64,000 bases of DNA from an uncultured Gemmatimonadales bacterium. GTDB lineage: Bacteria > Gemmatimonadota > Gemmatimonadetes > Gemmatimonadales > GWC2-71-9. Shown piece by piece: positions 63,634 to 64,000 of the stretch. The position numbers and the translations under genes were made by a program. Position 1 is the stretch's first letter. Each line of letters opens with the position of its first letter. The notes beneath the pieces are model-generated. The model had not been told where the DNA came from and did not search any database. It saw only the letters and a list, made by a program, of their open reading frames with translations. The stretch is from assembly GCA_963798915.1 (NCBI GenBank), contig CAWCVB010000011.1:30373-94372 (forward strand). Direction: 5' to 3'.

Positions 63634-64000
63634 ATGATGATGCACAAGATGATTTACCGGCTAGTCTCCTCTGGAGCGGGAGCCATACTTGCTCTGACAG
63701 TGGCCTGCAACCCGCAACGGCTGGAGGCCTGTAAGGGTAAGGAAGTCGCGATCAACCCGGCTGGCACATACTGCTTCGATCCGGCCCGATTCTTGGGCGC
63801 GGCGCCCGGTGCTGATGGTCTGGGAGGCGTCGCAGATTACGTGAGGGTGTCAGCGCCGTCGATCGCCGGCGAGAACTTCGACGACGTTTCGGTGATCAGG
63901 CTGATCGTGGACGCGTCACCTGACAGCGGCGCCCGCTGCCTGGCTCGCGATGGCAAGCTCAGTTGCGTCGCCAGTGTGCCGGACACGCGGCTGCACGCGA
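63634..64000 (+). CDS. Putative immunity lipoprotein 3, truncated by the window end
   Basis: Open frame MMMHKMIYRLVSSGAGAILALTVACNPQ.. with TVAC lipobox, runs off the end. Confidence 0.65.
   Translation, partial: MMMHKMIYRLVSSGAGAILALTVACNPQRLEACKGKEVAINPAGTYCFDPARFLGAAPGADGLGGVADYVRVSAPSIAGENFDDVSVIRLIVDASPDSGARCLARDGKLSCVASVPDTRLHA

Overview
GC-rich bacterial chromosome segment. Gene content and order suggest Gemmatimonadota, but that is inference only. 1-53.4 kb is mostly core genome: a methylmalonyl-CoA mutase/acyl-CoA catabolism operon (with an embedded aeRF1-like gene and a secreted TPP II-like subtilase), two OMP beta-barrels, recQ, an RNase E/G gene with a structured leader, rplU-rpmA, an ECF sigma/anti-sigma cassette, nfeD-floA, ppa, tRNA-Leu(CAA), an M28 peptidase, nirK, murB, pepA, and the run yicC-gmk-rpoZ-coaBC-udg-dnaB-radA-ispD-tsaC-ptp-aroE-comF-gap-pgk-tpiA-secG-carA-hup-moaDEA-trmL. 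Intergenic regions carry heptamer tandem repeats and REP/RPE-like palindromes, including a triple ~225-bp compound repeat at 33.9-34.6 kb. From 53.7 kb to the end lies an accessory polymorphic toxin locus. It starts with a ~1660-aa Rhs/YD protein that has a signal peptide, Ig-like N-terminal domains and a JAB-like tip. An IS5-family element follows, then an orphan Rhs-core cassette with an HExxH tip and a third core-less HExxH tip. Each tip is followed by a predicted exported immunity-like gene, and a short conserved motif recurs between cassettes. Several single-base frameshifts, including one in murB, suggest consensus indel errors.
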